A stretch of 64,000 nucleotides of DNA from Tubiluchus corallicola (Eukaryota; Animalia; Priapulida), in the NCBI GenBank assembly GCA_030141605.1, contig JAQGDQ010000864.1, forward strand, positions 1 to 64,000. The letters are read 5' to 3'. Both the position numbers and the translations under genes were made by a program. The notes beneath the pieces were generated by a model. That model had not been told where the DNA came from and did not search any database. It saw only the letters and a list, made by a program, of their open reading frames with translations. This document shows, piece by piece, positions 1-20,200 of the stretch (positions within the stretch are counted from its first letter, which is position 1; each line of letters begins with the position of its first letter).

Positions 1-630
1 AGGTCACCACCATAATTACCAGCACACGTTACATACCTGTGGGTGTGAGGAGGAATTGTAGAAAACCAAGATAATATTCTAGCTCACATTGTTACTCAGT
101 TTCACAATTCTCCCAAAGGTCACCACCATAATTACCAGCACACGTTACATACCTGTGGGTGTGAGGAGGAATTGTAGAAAACCAAGATAATATTCTAGCT
201 CACATTGTTACTCAGTTTCACAATTCTCCCAAAGGTCACCACCATAATTACCAGCACACGTTACATACCTGTGGGCGTGAGGAGGAATTGTAGAAAACCA
301 AGATAATATTCTAGCTCACATTGTTACTCAGTTTCACAATTCTCCCAAAGGTCACCACCATAATTACCAGCACATGTTACATACCTGTGGGTGTGGGGAG
401 AAATTGTAGAAGACCTTGATAATATTATAGCTCACATTGTTACTCAGTTTCACAACTCACCCAAAGGTCACCAATATAATAACCAGCACACGTTACATAC
501 CTGTGGGTGTGGGGAGAAATTGTAGAAAACCAAGATAATATTCTAGCTCACATTGTTACTCAGTTTCACAACTCTCCCAAAGGTCACCACCATAGCACGC
601 CAGCACTCGTTACATACTTATGTGTGTGGG
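1..630. repeat. 116-bp tandem repeat, ~5.4 visible copies (continues off the window start)
   Basis: AGGTCACCA recurs at 1, 117, 233, 349, 465 and 581. Confidence 0.95.
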
Positions 631-861
631 CAGATTACTATATCAAGAATAAAATTTTCTTTAAAAACTATCACAAGTTTTCTATATGGTAATTAACTAT
701 CTGCGCATTCAAGTGTTTTTCGCCATAACTGATTTTAGAAGTATATGTAATTAAGTACTTCATGTTGAAATGACAACATTATAAAAATGACTTATCATTA
801 ATTTCTTACGTAAGTTAATATTGTTAAAATAAGAAAATGTTTAGTACAGTATTACTTATAG

Positions 862-7925
<7,064 letters not shown>

Positions 7926-9479
7926 CCAGAATGTGATCAATACAATAAATCTCATTTTAGCAAAACAGCTTTTTAGAATATTTTTTGTTCCCTATTTTTT
8001 AAATTTTATATTGTCATGTAATTTCATGCACACTGTTTTATTTTATATTAGAAAAATATTATTATTAAATCTATATTTTGACTATATGAATGTGTTTGTT
8101 TTTCTATTATGATAAAATTTGTGTAATTACAATTATATGTATTTAAGTATTTTTAATGATAAAAGGACTGAAACTGCATAGAGAATGTAATTTCTAATAG
8201 TAATCTACAGGTTAATTAACACACCACAATCAGATTCAAGTGTCAGTATGACATATGTGAAAGAAATCATTTTGAACACTTTTAACATCAGTGTAAATGT
8301 GCACAGCATAACACATAACTGTTACACGCTACAATAATATTAGCAACCAGACAAATGCGTGCATAATAAAGTAGTATTTATTAAACTAATTAGGAACTTA
8401 AACAAAGAAGATCAGAGCAGCATGACAGTCTAGAATGCAGAACACTCTTAAGCAATCACCAAGATCTTTGATCTACGCAAACCATATCTATGGTATTGTT
8501 ACAATAACCACTCCTTTTTCACTGTTTTACTTGATTTTGTACTTATTTCTTGCTGTCTCACGGTATATCTATGCCTTTTCACAGAAAATAAGATCAGTAA
8601 GTTTTGAATTTACTGAATAAAGCTAAAAAATTCTGCCATGTCAAAAAGTCCCTCTAATAAACTCATTCTGCATGAAAAATAGTCGTGATCGACCAGCAAA
8701 TTTAACAATGACATTGCTGTTTTCAATTAGCAAAATTTATACAAAACTGTTTTAACATTTAACTCTATTAGTTTAACTTTTTTGAGAAAAAGTTTCGTTG
8801 CCATAGTTATCGTTACCGGGTTTTACATTTGCAATTTCAAATTTCCAGGATTCTTTTACCTTTTGAAAAATCTTCAGATATGCTGTCTCCTAGAAGATTA
8901 GGTGGCTTACGAAGTTATTGATGTTTCCATACTAGAAAGGGATTAGCACTGATTCATTTGCATAAAAAGAACAGCTTCTTTGCGATGTTATGCTTTATTC
9001 TGATCAGTTTGTTATGTTCGTGTAGCTAGCAGTCACAAAACCTTGATTCCTGCCATTGGTGTGTGCTGTAATTGTGGCTTATTTCGTTTTTGTTAATTTG
9101 TAGTCATAATTTCACAAGGAAATGCCTCATTATATGTCCTATATTTGTTGCAGTTGTCACATAAAAAATAGATCTCGCTCTAGTAATTCCAAAAAAGTTA
9201 TAGCTAATGCAAACTCAGGGATAGGCTTTCTGCAGTGTGTAATTGGAATATAGTGTGACTGTGTTACAGTAATTCTGAATGGAAAGTAACACATGAAAAA
9301 TCTTGTAAGACTGTCAAATTCAATACAACAATGGCAGAACAGCCCGGACTGTATGTTGTGCTGAGCAGACGGTTGCGTGATCTCAGCTACTGTAATATCT
9401 GCTTTAGTAATCTCAGCATAAATGTAGTGCCGTCTGCCGGCGTCGAGTACAACGAAACTACTGGTGTCTGTGATCATTC

Positions 9480-9610
9480 ACACGCTTTTATTTTCAGTAC
9501 CGCCTACTTCATCCTAATTGGCTAAAAAAAATCACGCAGGAATCTGCCATTGGACAAACTGACCTCGTGACTCTTGTTTACGTATGACGTTTCCTGCATA
9601 AAAACAACAA
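9480..9610 (+). promoter_or_regulatory. Putative BNIP3 proximal promoter
   Basis: About 150-250 bp upstream of the ATG: reverse CCAAT boxes (ATTGG at ~9517 and ~9549), a FOXO-type TTGTTTAC (9574-9581) and a CRE half-site TGACGT (~9585). Confidence 0.45.
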
Positions 9611-9737
9611 AAAAGTGAAAGTGGTTGAGGTGAATTAAAGTTCGATGATGAATGAGCAATTTATTTGAAAAAAACTACTGTTTTGCAGAGTCTTGTGTCA
9701 TCCGTTTGTAGTCAAGCTTCTTGCTCATATCAGCAAT

Positions 9738-12700
9738 ATGAGTAAAAACTCACAGGAAAACGATCCTTTACATGGTAAGATGCTAACGTAAGCACACGCC
9801 TTAATTGTTTTTTTCAGCGTTTGCTCTGTGGAATTCCTGGAAATTGAAAGTGATGTTTACTGCTTTGGTTAGCTGAAATTAAATTGAGCAGGTTTCGCAT
9901 TACATTTGTCGAAAGTAACGTACAGTTACATATTAAAATGGGTAAGAAACAAGAATATTTCGTTTGTATGTCAATTTATGCACGAATTAATTTTCGTTGG
10001 TGTGTTGGTCTTAGTGATATCCTAAAATTAATTTTTCTCTCTCTAAACAATACGGCAAAACAAGTTAATTGAACGTATCTGCACTATTTTGGGGAAAATT
10101 GAAAAGAATCTGATTCTGGTGATGTATACTTTGTGGATTATATGTCCAGAAATTTTGGGTTCTTCGCTTCAGATTCTCACTCTGAAAAAGTTAAAATGCT
10201 TTAATATAATTGTCTCTGCATTTTCTGTGGTGTGCTTTACTTATTATGTGAATTATTATGTGTCTTATTGTTCTAACATTTAATTGTTTCTATACATCAA
10301 AACCGAAATACGGTGCAGTTTTTTTTATTTTAGCATAAATTAGCATATGTTAGCTTCATTTTACAAATTTAAAGCCTATTACATCATTGTAATAATTCGA
10401 TTTTTTAAATGTTACCTGAATTCATGCAATCTGTGTTTTTTTTTGTTTGTTTTTTTTCATAATTTTTACTTCTAGAATTTTCTGGACTTGCTCTTGCCAT
10501 GAATGTACCAGCAAACATTACATCTGGTATTAACCCTTACAGGGTCACCGGCGGTAAAAAATTACCCCAGACTGGTTTTTTGCATGTTACCCTTTTACCA
10601 TACGCATCCCAGTAAACCTTTTCTATGACTTTTTCTAAATATGTTTTGTGCACAAAATACTTTCAGTTATTTATTTTAGCCGCATTGTCTCCCCACGAAA
10701 TAAAAGTGAAGATGCAATATGTCGATTTTTAAAAATTGTCGAAACTTTACTTCTCTTGTGTATACATTATACGGGCGATGTATCTGATATAACAAAATGT
10801 CAGACGTCTGTATGCTGACGTTGAACTAGTCTACTCACAACTACAATAAATTCAAAATAACAATAATTTTTGCACACGCGCTAGCAATGTCGGTTGTCTA
10901 CAGTTATTCCAGCATAGATAAGGGAACGTAACTAAGTGAATTTAAATTTCGTATTACTAGTAAGTCACATCTCTTTAAGCAGAGGTATAATGTATCGTCA
11001 GCATAACCACAAATTATGCTGTTGCTGTTTACTAATGAAACACGGCGGTTTATCAAAAGTAATTTACGAATTATTTTTGGGGGCAATTTTTTTCCTCCCT
11101 GTTACTAAAATCGGTTGTAAAAAATCGTGACCCTATAAGGGTTAATGTAGGGTAGTAAAATATTGCATTTACGATATCTCTGACGTATGTCTGTCTCGAT
11201 TGTATGACTTGCCAAAAATAGTTTTTGTAAATTTGAATGCATTACAGTCCTAGAAAGTGATAATGTTTGTAATGCTCCCTTGTAAGAAGAGGTACCCGAA
11301 TGTAGCTGCATTAAAACAAACCTTCGTTGTAAGCAAGTTCATGCCATCATTGAGACTCAGACTGGGTATTTTTGAAACTGTTAAGCCTGGTACTTTTCTT
11401 CAGAATCGTGGGTTGAAGTAGACGGGGAGAAGAACGGCAAAAACGGAAACGGCGGTATGATACGCGTGTCGTCCATTCACAATGGTGATATGGAAAAACT
11501 GCTTATAGAAGCGCAGCGGGAGTCGAATCAGTCGTCAGCCCATGCAAGTACACATACTTCACAAGGAAACACGTAAGTTAGTTGAAATCTTTTATTAGTA
11601 GATTACGACTTTGAATGTACAGTGGAACATCAACTTATGAAAACCCTATTATTTATTATTTTTATTTATTTATAAAATATATCCACAATGATCATTACAG
11701 CATTGTACAGAAAAGTATTTAATAATATATTTATTATTATGTGTACAAGATGCCAAGCCGCAAATGACCCGTGGAGTACTCAAGAAGTATTTACTTGTTT
11801 AGAGTACCCCAAATGAATGTGGACTGAGTGTAATAGAAAAGAGCACTAAAGGAGTAGAAAGAAGGGTTAATAGAAAATAGAAACTACCCCGTAGAAGAAT
11901 TATACGAAAAATTGAGAATATGAATCGGGCTTCGAAGAAATTTCCGTCCCATTTAGCGAAAAAATATTCAAGATGCGAAAACGAAAATCGAAAGCGTCGC
12001 CGACAGCAGTTCTCCCAGAATGCATTTCGTATTTCCGGGGGCTGGAATGAATTGCGCCATTTATAACGTAAATTCTAAGATAAGAAAGCCCCTCCGAAAC
12101 GAATTAATTTCGTGTCTCGAGGTATCACTGTACTATGTTCAGGTTTTGGACTGAGAAACATTTACTCTTCCATTCATTTGATCATTTGTTTGAAAGTACA
12201 GTAGCTTTTTGTATCATCATTATCATCATCCAATGAATCACACGTCCAGTGACATGATTCTGCTCACCTCCCTATGCCAGGACTCCCTACACGCCGCAAT
12301 GCCCCAAGTGCATTTATTTCTAAGGATCAATGCTGAAGTGTTTAAATCTTTCTGTGCAAAATCTAAATATGTTAACATTTGTCCTCCTGCAGGTTTTTTA
12401 GCTGGTTCTATGGCTTGTTGAAGAGTTATCTTCACTGGAACATCATCAGGTAGTCTAAGCATATGCCCAATCCATCTCAAATGGCGTCTTTTTATTTTTC
12501 TTGTCCAAGGTTCTTCTTTTATTTTTTCATATATATCTTTGTTTGAAATTTTCCTTGGCCATCTAATACCCAAAATGTTTCTGTAATTTCGCCTTTGAAA
12601 CGCATCGATTTCAGCTTTTTGTAGTCCATAAGTAATTTTGTTACATGTAGTTGGCAATATGACCATTTAATGGCATTGTAGATGTTGTTGGTAAATAATG

Positions 12701-15700
12701 TGTGCAGACCCAGAGCAGATTATGATCTACTGAGACCCTTTAGGCTAATGAAATTATGGACCCCCTCAGTCAGAGCCACCCTTTTTCTCGCCTGCACCTT
12801 GTTACTCGTGATATTTTGTAGCGACATTTATTTAGCTTGAAGTAAACGTATTTGCAAATTCTTTAAATAAACTAGAACAGCTGTCTTTTGTTTTGCAATT
12901 AAAATATTCGTTAAGAAATTCCACTTTTTTACAATTTATTCCAAATGAAATTAACGCAAACGTAGTGGAAAAACAGATTTTTTTAACAAATAATTTAATG
13001 TTGCCACAGCTTAATGGCTCCTCAAGCTTGTAGGGTCCCGGGCTGCAGCTTATACTACCCCTTAGAATAATCCGGCCCTTGCAGACCATGATATACTGTG
13101 TTTATCCATTGCAGGCTGAAAAAAGGGGTAAGCATTTATATTTATACAGCTGCTTTAGGCTTCCGGAAGAAACCTTATGATCATGTGCAACGCATACTTG
13201 GGACTCGGATAGATGCTTTACAGATTTGAAAAATGGTCAACCAGCCCTCCTCCCTTGACCATTGTCCAGTGACCGGTGGTATTTCGTCCGTGATGTGTCT
13301 TTAATTTCCTTTTGCTTTCCATTCAAAGAATTAGAGTTATCGTCACAAATATTCTATGCATGGGATATGTAATCCATCTTTGTCCAGTGTATATATATTG
13401 TATTAGGTCCTAATAAGAACAGGAGACCAAAAGTCGACAGAAGGGGGAAAAAGACGACAGAAATCGCCTAATATGTGTCTGCTGTTGAATTTCTGTACGT
13501 CTGTTTGTTGTTAAACTGTGGCATGTGATGTATTTTAGTGAAAGCTAGTCGTGGTGAAACTATTTGACTTGTGTCAAGGTCGTAAGTTATTTGAAGGTCA
13601 ATAAATGCACAAACAGAACACATGGATTATGTTTACCAAACGAATGGCATTTGCAGTTTGTTGAAAATTGAATTTAATAAGTTTCTTATCTTGGCAGTAT
13701 GCACTATCTTTATGAAGTCAATGCTAGCAGTTTAACTCTCCTTTTGATGATTATTTGGCTAGTAGTACTTGTACTTCTGTGTGTTTTTATTATATTTGAC
13801 GTCTATTGCTTTCTTTAGAATTGCTAAAGACAAACTAAACCAGGGGTGTGCAAATTGCGGTCCTCAGAGAGATCTTGTGCGGCCCGCGAAGAGGTTTGTC
13901 AATGTAATGAAAGTGCAGCCCACGCGACCCAGCTGAAGTCTGCGCCAATATCGCAAAGATAGTGCGGGTAGTTTTTTCCTCTAGATCGGATGGCGTTAAC
14001 CCTTACAAGACCGTTGTCACTTAATGTCACTGTCGGACATGACGAAATATCTGGTTTTTAATATAAATTTTAATAACTTCTATAATAGTTTCTTGAGTGT
14101 AGTAGTGCAGTAGTAATGATGTGCGCAGGTCGGATGCAAAAAAAATCGTTATCAGGTCCTACTGTACGTGGCTCCTTGACCAAACTGCATGTGGCCCGCA
14201 GGAATTGCGGGAAACTTTAATGTGGCCCGGCTAGTCAGATAATTTGCACACCCCTGAACTAAACCCTCACTGTAATATAAGCATTTATAACCTAAAATCC
14301 TACTCTCATTTCGAATTTTCAATTTATTTCATCATTAACTTACTCTTAAACTTGCTTCTTTTGATTGTTTCACTTCGTTATTAGCTGTATCAAATTTTAA
14401 CAACCACCATTTTTCGTTGCACGTGACGAATGACGTAACGTGTACAGTCACGGGTCACCTTCCTGTACACGTGGGTAAACAAGCTAAGTTCTGTAAACAA
14501 ACGTCGGTAACCAAAGATTTTTTTTGCACTACCTATGTCATTCTCGCTCACTCACGCCAAAGACTCGAAAAGTTACGTTTCCAAAGATACTCATTTAGCC
14601 CATTCAATGCTTGCAAATTCTTTTTGAGATTTTTGTTTTAAGCAAAACTGGACTCAATCTTAAACTGTAGTTCAAAACAATTTACTTTTTAAAAAATTTA
14701 AAGGAAACATACTATTTTTTTTAAAAAATGACTTATGTGAAAGAATTATTACCATAATTTCGCATTCGCGCCACTAGTTCTTCGAGTAGTTTGCCGAGTA
14801 GATCTTCTAGTTACATGTAGTTTGCCATTCCCTAGTTAGACGGGACACTAGCGCCTGCATTTCCGAAATGCGTTTTACAACAAGTAGGTGCCGTACCTGT
14901 CATTTGAGATGTGTTAGTCTGCGATGAACTACACACATTCGGCAGCTCATGTGAGCGCAGCAGCAAATTTGAAATTTTAACTTTTATTTTAAAACTTGCC
15001 TAATTTTAGTACAACACACTGAATATCTTACAGTAGCACTGTACTTCAAGTTTCGCTTTCGCAAACACGTGCAACACGCTCGTGAAATATTTTTGCTGTT
15101 GAAAATTATGTTTGTTTGTCATGTCATCAACAATTGGGCTCGTCTGCCGTTAATTAAGATATTAATCAATTATTTAATTCTCAGAAACGCTTTTACAGTA
15201 TTAATTGTGTTAAAATGTATACTTTTTATCGGACTTGAAAATGGGATAGTATATGAAAAATCATCCTGTCCTTTAAGCCACATATGATTCTTCGCGTGGT
15301 TGTCTGAATGTGGATCGTTGATCTAGGTGACACCTGGTGGAAGAAACAGGAGGCTGATGATGTAGCACCTGTGTTTACATTAAGTGGTATTCGCAGTTAA
15401 TGGTTTAATGATTACAGACAAAATTTTCAAATGTTGTGAACTGAACAGCTGCGTCACTACCTATCCTCTTTGTGTTCCGAGGCTTTACAATTAGATGCTG
15501 TAACCCCATTCATCCATTAAAATGGGCAAGATATGAGAAATCTTCCTGTCTTGATTTAAGCATTACACTATTGATTAGTGTAATTTGTGTTTTAGTCCAC
15601 ACGGAGTAAGGAGTCCCCACAATGGCGGTAGTCCAAACGCTTTACCAAGTCCAAGCAGTGAGCTAGCCCACAGTGATTTTACAACAATATCAGCAAAGGT

Positions 15701-17179
15701 GAGTATATCAAGTTTACTAGCTTATTCCAGGGATGAGAATTTCCCGCGGATGCGCGGAATTCCGAGTTTTTGGAGGACCAGTAGTGCCATTTTTGTAAAT
15801 CGCGTAAATTCATTGAGAAAGTTTTTACGGACCCAGTACATTATTTCACAAGCTGACCGCTAGTTGGCAGGCCGTCACTTTGTTTACATCACGTACATCA
15901 GTGTAACCACGTGTATATCTCTATGTATAAAAATATAGAATCAATTGTGTGGAGTTATTTGAGTCAATTGCAGACAGTTTTTATATACTTTTGCATAGGA
16001 GCGGCCAGTACTTAGGCGTTTTTGAGACAATTAGGTATCATGTATTCTTGATAGTTGGGTATTTTAAATTATGCATCATCCAAGGTAATTGATATTTTAA
16101 GTCCACTTACAGGCTCTCTATGGTCACAAAATTGCAATTTGTTGCGATTACAAGGAAGCTTCAGCCCCTTGAACCCCATTGCGGGCCTAGGTGGCCCCAA
16201 AACTCCCGGCCTGTTTCAGAGAGAGTTTTTGCAATTTGTCATTCTCATCCCTGGGTTATTTTAATTCACTACAAATCTTAGTAGTTGCAAGACTGATATG
16301 CAAACAGTACTTGTAGTAGTACTTATATATTCACTACGTAAAAGAGTAGAGACATGACGTGTCCTGAAATTATCGGGTCGCATGACTTACGGGTGCCATT
16401 TAATAAATTTCTAATTAAATTTTAAATGTACTCAAATTCTATCAATTGACCTAATAATCAAATCATTGTAGCCAGTTTTGACATTTGTTATGAGTGTAAA
16501 TGGCTATATCTGTGTTTATTCTAATAAATTTAAGTTGTTGCCATCCTATGCAATCATTGTATATATACTATAAATATATAGGTGCTCTAGTGTATTGCGC
16601 TTGATGCCATCTATTGACAACAACGGCAAAGTATTATTAACTGGTGCCTCTCCTATACAATAAGAGTTTACATAACATGCAAATTCAAGTTTTTCAGTTC
16701 ACTCGGTGCGTAACAATAATAAATTTCAGCTACCACGGTGACCGTAAAGTAAAAAGGGCTTCCTAGAAGATGGGCATTTTTCTCTTCTTAATAGCTTTCG
16801 ATTTTACTTGGTATGATGCTTCCCTTTCCAGGAAAATACTAACACAAAGTAAAAATTTTTATGGCAGTCATCAGCACTGCCTGCCTTCTGGCTAAATTCA
16901 ACCTTAAAGACATTTTTATAAAGATTCTCATTCATATGAAAAAGAACATGTATATTATACCTGTTTATTAGTTTTTTGCTTCTGGCAAACTTGATTCATA
17001 GTAGCGTCATATGAGCTAGAGTTAGCAATTTTTGTCTATTTTTTGCAAAATTAATTTTCAGTGGTACTGAGCAAAGGAGCAACGTAACGATTGTCAGCGC
17101 TATGTGACTCCTGGCTAGCTTAGGCCTTTGTTGCCTATGTATATATATATAATTGCCTATGTATATATATATGTATATA

Positions 17180-17213
<34 letters not shown>

Positions 17214-20200
17214 TAGATAGATCTGTGCAAGAAAACCAAAATTAAACATCTTCTTATCAGAAAAACTTATCATTCACTAAAATTGCCAATTAATTCTAAA
17301 ATGTAGGTTTGTTTTCCAAACAATACGCTTTTACTACGTTTAGTGCATGCAATTTTTTTAAGACTTCTTTAAACATTACAGTATTGTTTAGCTTTATTTC
17401 CGTCCACGTGAGTGGGAAGACTTTCAAAAAGAGAAATATGTTACGATATCACAAAAACAAAATAATAGATTTTATATAAAATCAAACGACTGACCAAACG
17501 GGGCCGCTTCATGGAAATTTTCATAACTGACATTTTCTCAAAAATTTGTGAAAACTATTAGATGTTTACAGAGCATCAGTAAGTGACCTTGAACTGATGC
17601 ATTTAAGTGGACAAGTTTATAGACTTGTTTGCTCAGAATTCAGCGATGCAGTTGCTATTCTCTCTCATACTCACGTATAATGTCATTGGCACTTTGCCAA
17701 AATTAATCTAAGTTTTCGTAATCTCTTTACTTCGTCAGTGTTAGCCGGTTTTTCCACTTTGTAGTGGCATGTCTTTATTATTTGAAACAAAATTCTCAAC
17801 CAGTTTCATGTTCATTGGTATTTTTCTGATAAAATTCTGTATTTGCATCGTTTAAAAACCTCGAAGACCTTCTAAACTGGTTTACATCTTAGATCAAGAT
17901 CAGGGCAGCGAATGGGGTTCATTGTACTTTGTATTGTTGCTCTTGATCCTCCTTCACATATTTGTTTAATGATTCTTCGTTACCAGACCCTATTTCACGG
18001 GGGGGGGATACTTCCCCGGGGCCTCACCCTCCAGGGGGGCCTCACGCCAAGGTAACATTTTTTTGCTTTATGCATGCCGTTTGCCTTGTGCGGCTCGGTG
18101 CCGATGTTCAACTGTTTTCAATTTCGTAATTTCTAACACCAGCTTGTACGGAAGTGAGAGTATGGTATTACATGTTGCAAAGATGTTGTTTTTGATTTGA
18201 CTATTTGACAGGTATTAAGGACTGGTCTTGAGAATAAAGCAGTTTTTCTTTCAATTGTTCTTTCCGTTAACAACTGTATAACTCCATACTTCTCCGGCGT
18301 TCTAGCAGTTCAAAAATTTTCTGGGCGCCAACCACGGTAGCGACCAAGGGGGCTCACACGCCCAACTGCCCCGGGCCTCGCTTAGGCTGAAATAGGCCCT
18401 GCTCGTTACCCTCATAAATTTGTTGCATGTGTCCCAAATTGGAAAGTGGATTTTCTGTCCGTTCTTGAATAAAGCTGTCATCATGTCAGTGGTGGAGCAC
18501 ATGGTAATCGAAGCAATTCCTACGTTTCAAGAACTTGAGAGCATTTTTAGCAACTAAAATTAACTGCACTATAACAAATTCAAAATTTAACTCTGTGATA
18601 TTTCTACTTACTTATTTGCTGCCCCCACCAGGTGGAGGCAGGCCAGCACAGGTAGCATCCGGAACCATTGCACGCTACTGCTTCCGGTCCTCGTAGTACG
18701 ATGGCAGCCCTGTCAGATCATCGGAAACTTTGTGGTAGCGGTCAAGCCCAAGAGGAGACACAATATCGCGCTTGATTTGATGCCAGAAATGCTTTTGTTG
18801 ACCTCCTCTGCGGGGGAGCTTCCACGTGCCGCGGAGTGCTCCTGCCGCCGGTGCCGACTCGAACATAGAGATATTGTATAGATTGGTCATTGGATGTTTT
18901 TAACTTCATTAAACTACTGTTGCTGCTGTCATAATCATAAAAAAATCAAAGCGCCCATTTAAGTCTCGATTTTTTTCGCAGAAGCTTTTGTTATTCACAG
19001 ACTTCACAGAAGTACAATAATAATAACTTCAGGTGACAAGGCAAGGGCAACGGGTTTCAGGTGACAAGGCAAGGACAACGGGCTTCAGGTGACAAGGCAA
19101 GGGCAACGGGCTTCAGGTGACAAGGCAAGGGCAACGGGCTTCAGGTGACAAGGCAAGGGCAACGGGCACTTGAAAAGTTAAAATTTAATGTCACTGTCAA
19201 CTATGGACTGTGAGCTTAATGTAAACATAGTGGAAATTGTGCCTGCCATGTGGCAGACGTCTGCACTTTGTTTAAAGTCCAGGGTCTAGACTAAGCCATG
19301 TGTTTCTCTCAACTTCAGTTTCTGCAAAGTGAATGTTTTGATAATGTTTTAGGTGGCAAGGTCTTACTCAAGGTGTCCTTGATATCCCCTCGTTTTATTA
19401 GAATTGTTTCCTCATGTTCGGGGGGTTTCGTTTATTAATTAGCTGGTTACGAATTTGGATATCGAAATATGAAGTTTTATTAACTTTGGACTTTTTGAAA
19501 GGTTGGAAAGCTAGACTAATGTTTAAATTTTCTCCAAAGATCAAATAGCTTATGTCAGGTTCAGACCCAAAATAAATTGTTAGTAACGCATTTTTCTACT
19601 TGTTTGTACAGTCAACCTTGGATATAAGGGACACCTCGGGACCGGAGAAAAACGTCTCTTATATCCAATGTCCCTTATAGCCAAAGTTGAGTCATACCGA
19701 GGGTGTATCTAGGCCTGTACTTTTCCGTACTTTTAAGCATATTTTGATGGATTATTGCTACATTCAATGCAAACGGTAGGTAGAAAGCTCCTTCAGTGAT
19801 GCAAGATGTATGTGACCATGGAAACCGAGCTGTTCGAAGGCCGAGTTTGCGAAAAATTGAGGTTAAAAATCCATCAATTTCGCTTTGATCATAGGGTTCC
19901 TTATATGCGAGGTAATTTACCTGGGTTTCTATTACACGGGACCTGAAGAAATCTTCCCTTATATCCAAATATCTTATGTACAAAGATTTTCATAAGAAAA
20001 AACATTACGAAAAATCTGGACCGGTGTTGGTGGTCCCTAATAAGCGAGTACCTCATACCCGAGGTTGACTGTATTAATCAACTGAAAAAAAACCAAGAAC
20101 ACTTAATTAATATATGTGCAAAATCAGCACCAAAATTTTACATTGTGATATTTACAATGATTGCATCAGATGAACTGCAGTATTAAATTGCATTAGTATA

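Noticed and set aside
10904-11086. YADD-containing ORF suggesting reverse transcriptase
   Set aside because: It is an isolated tetrapeptide inside a piggyBac-like MITE with no other RT motifs.
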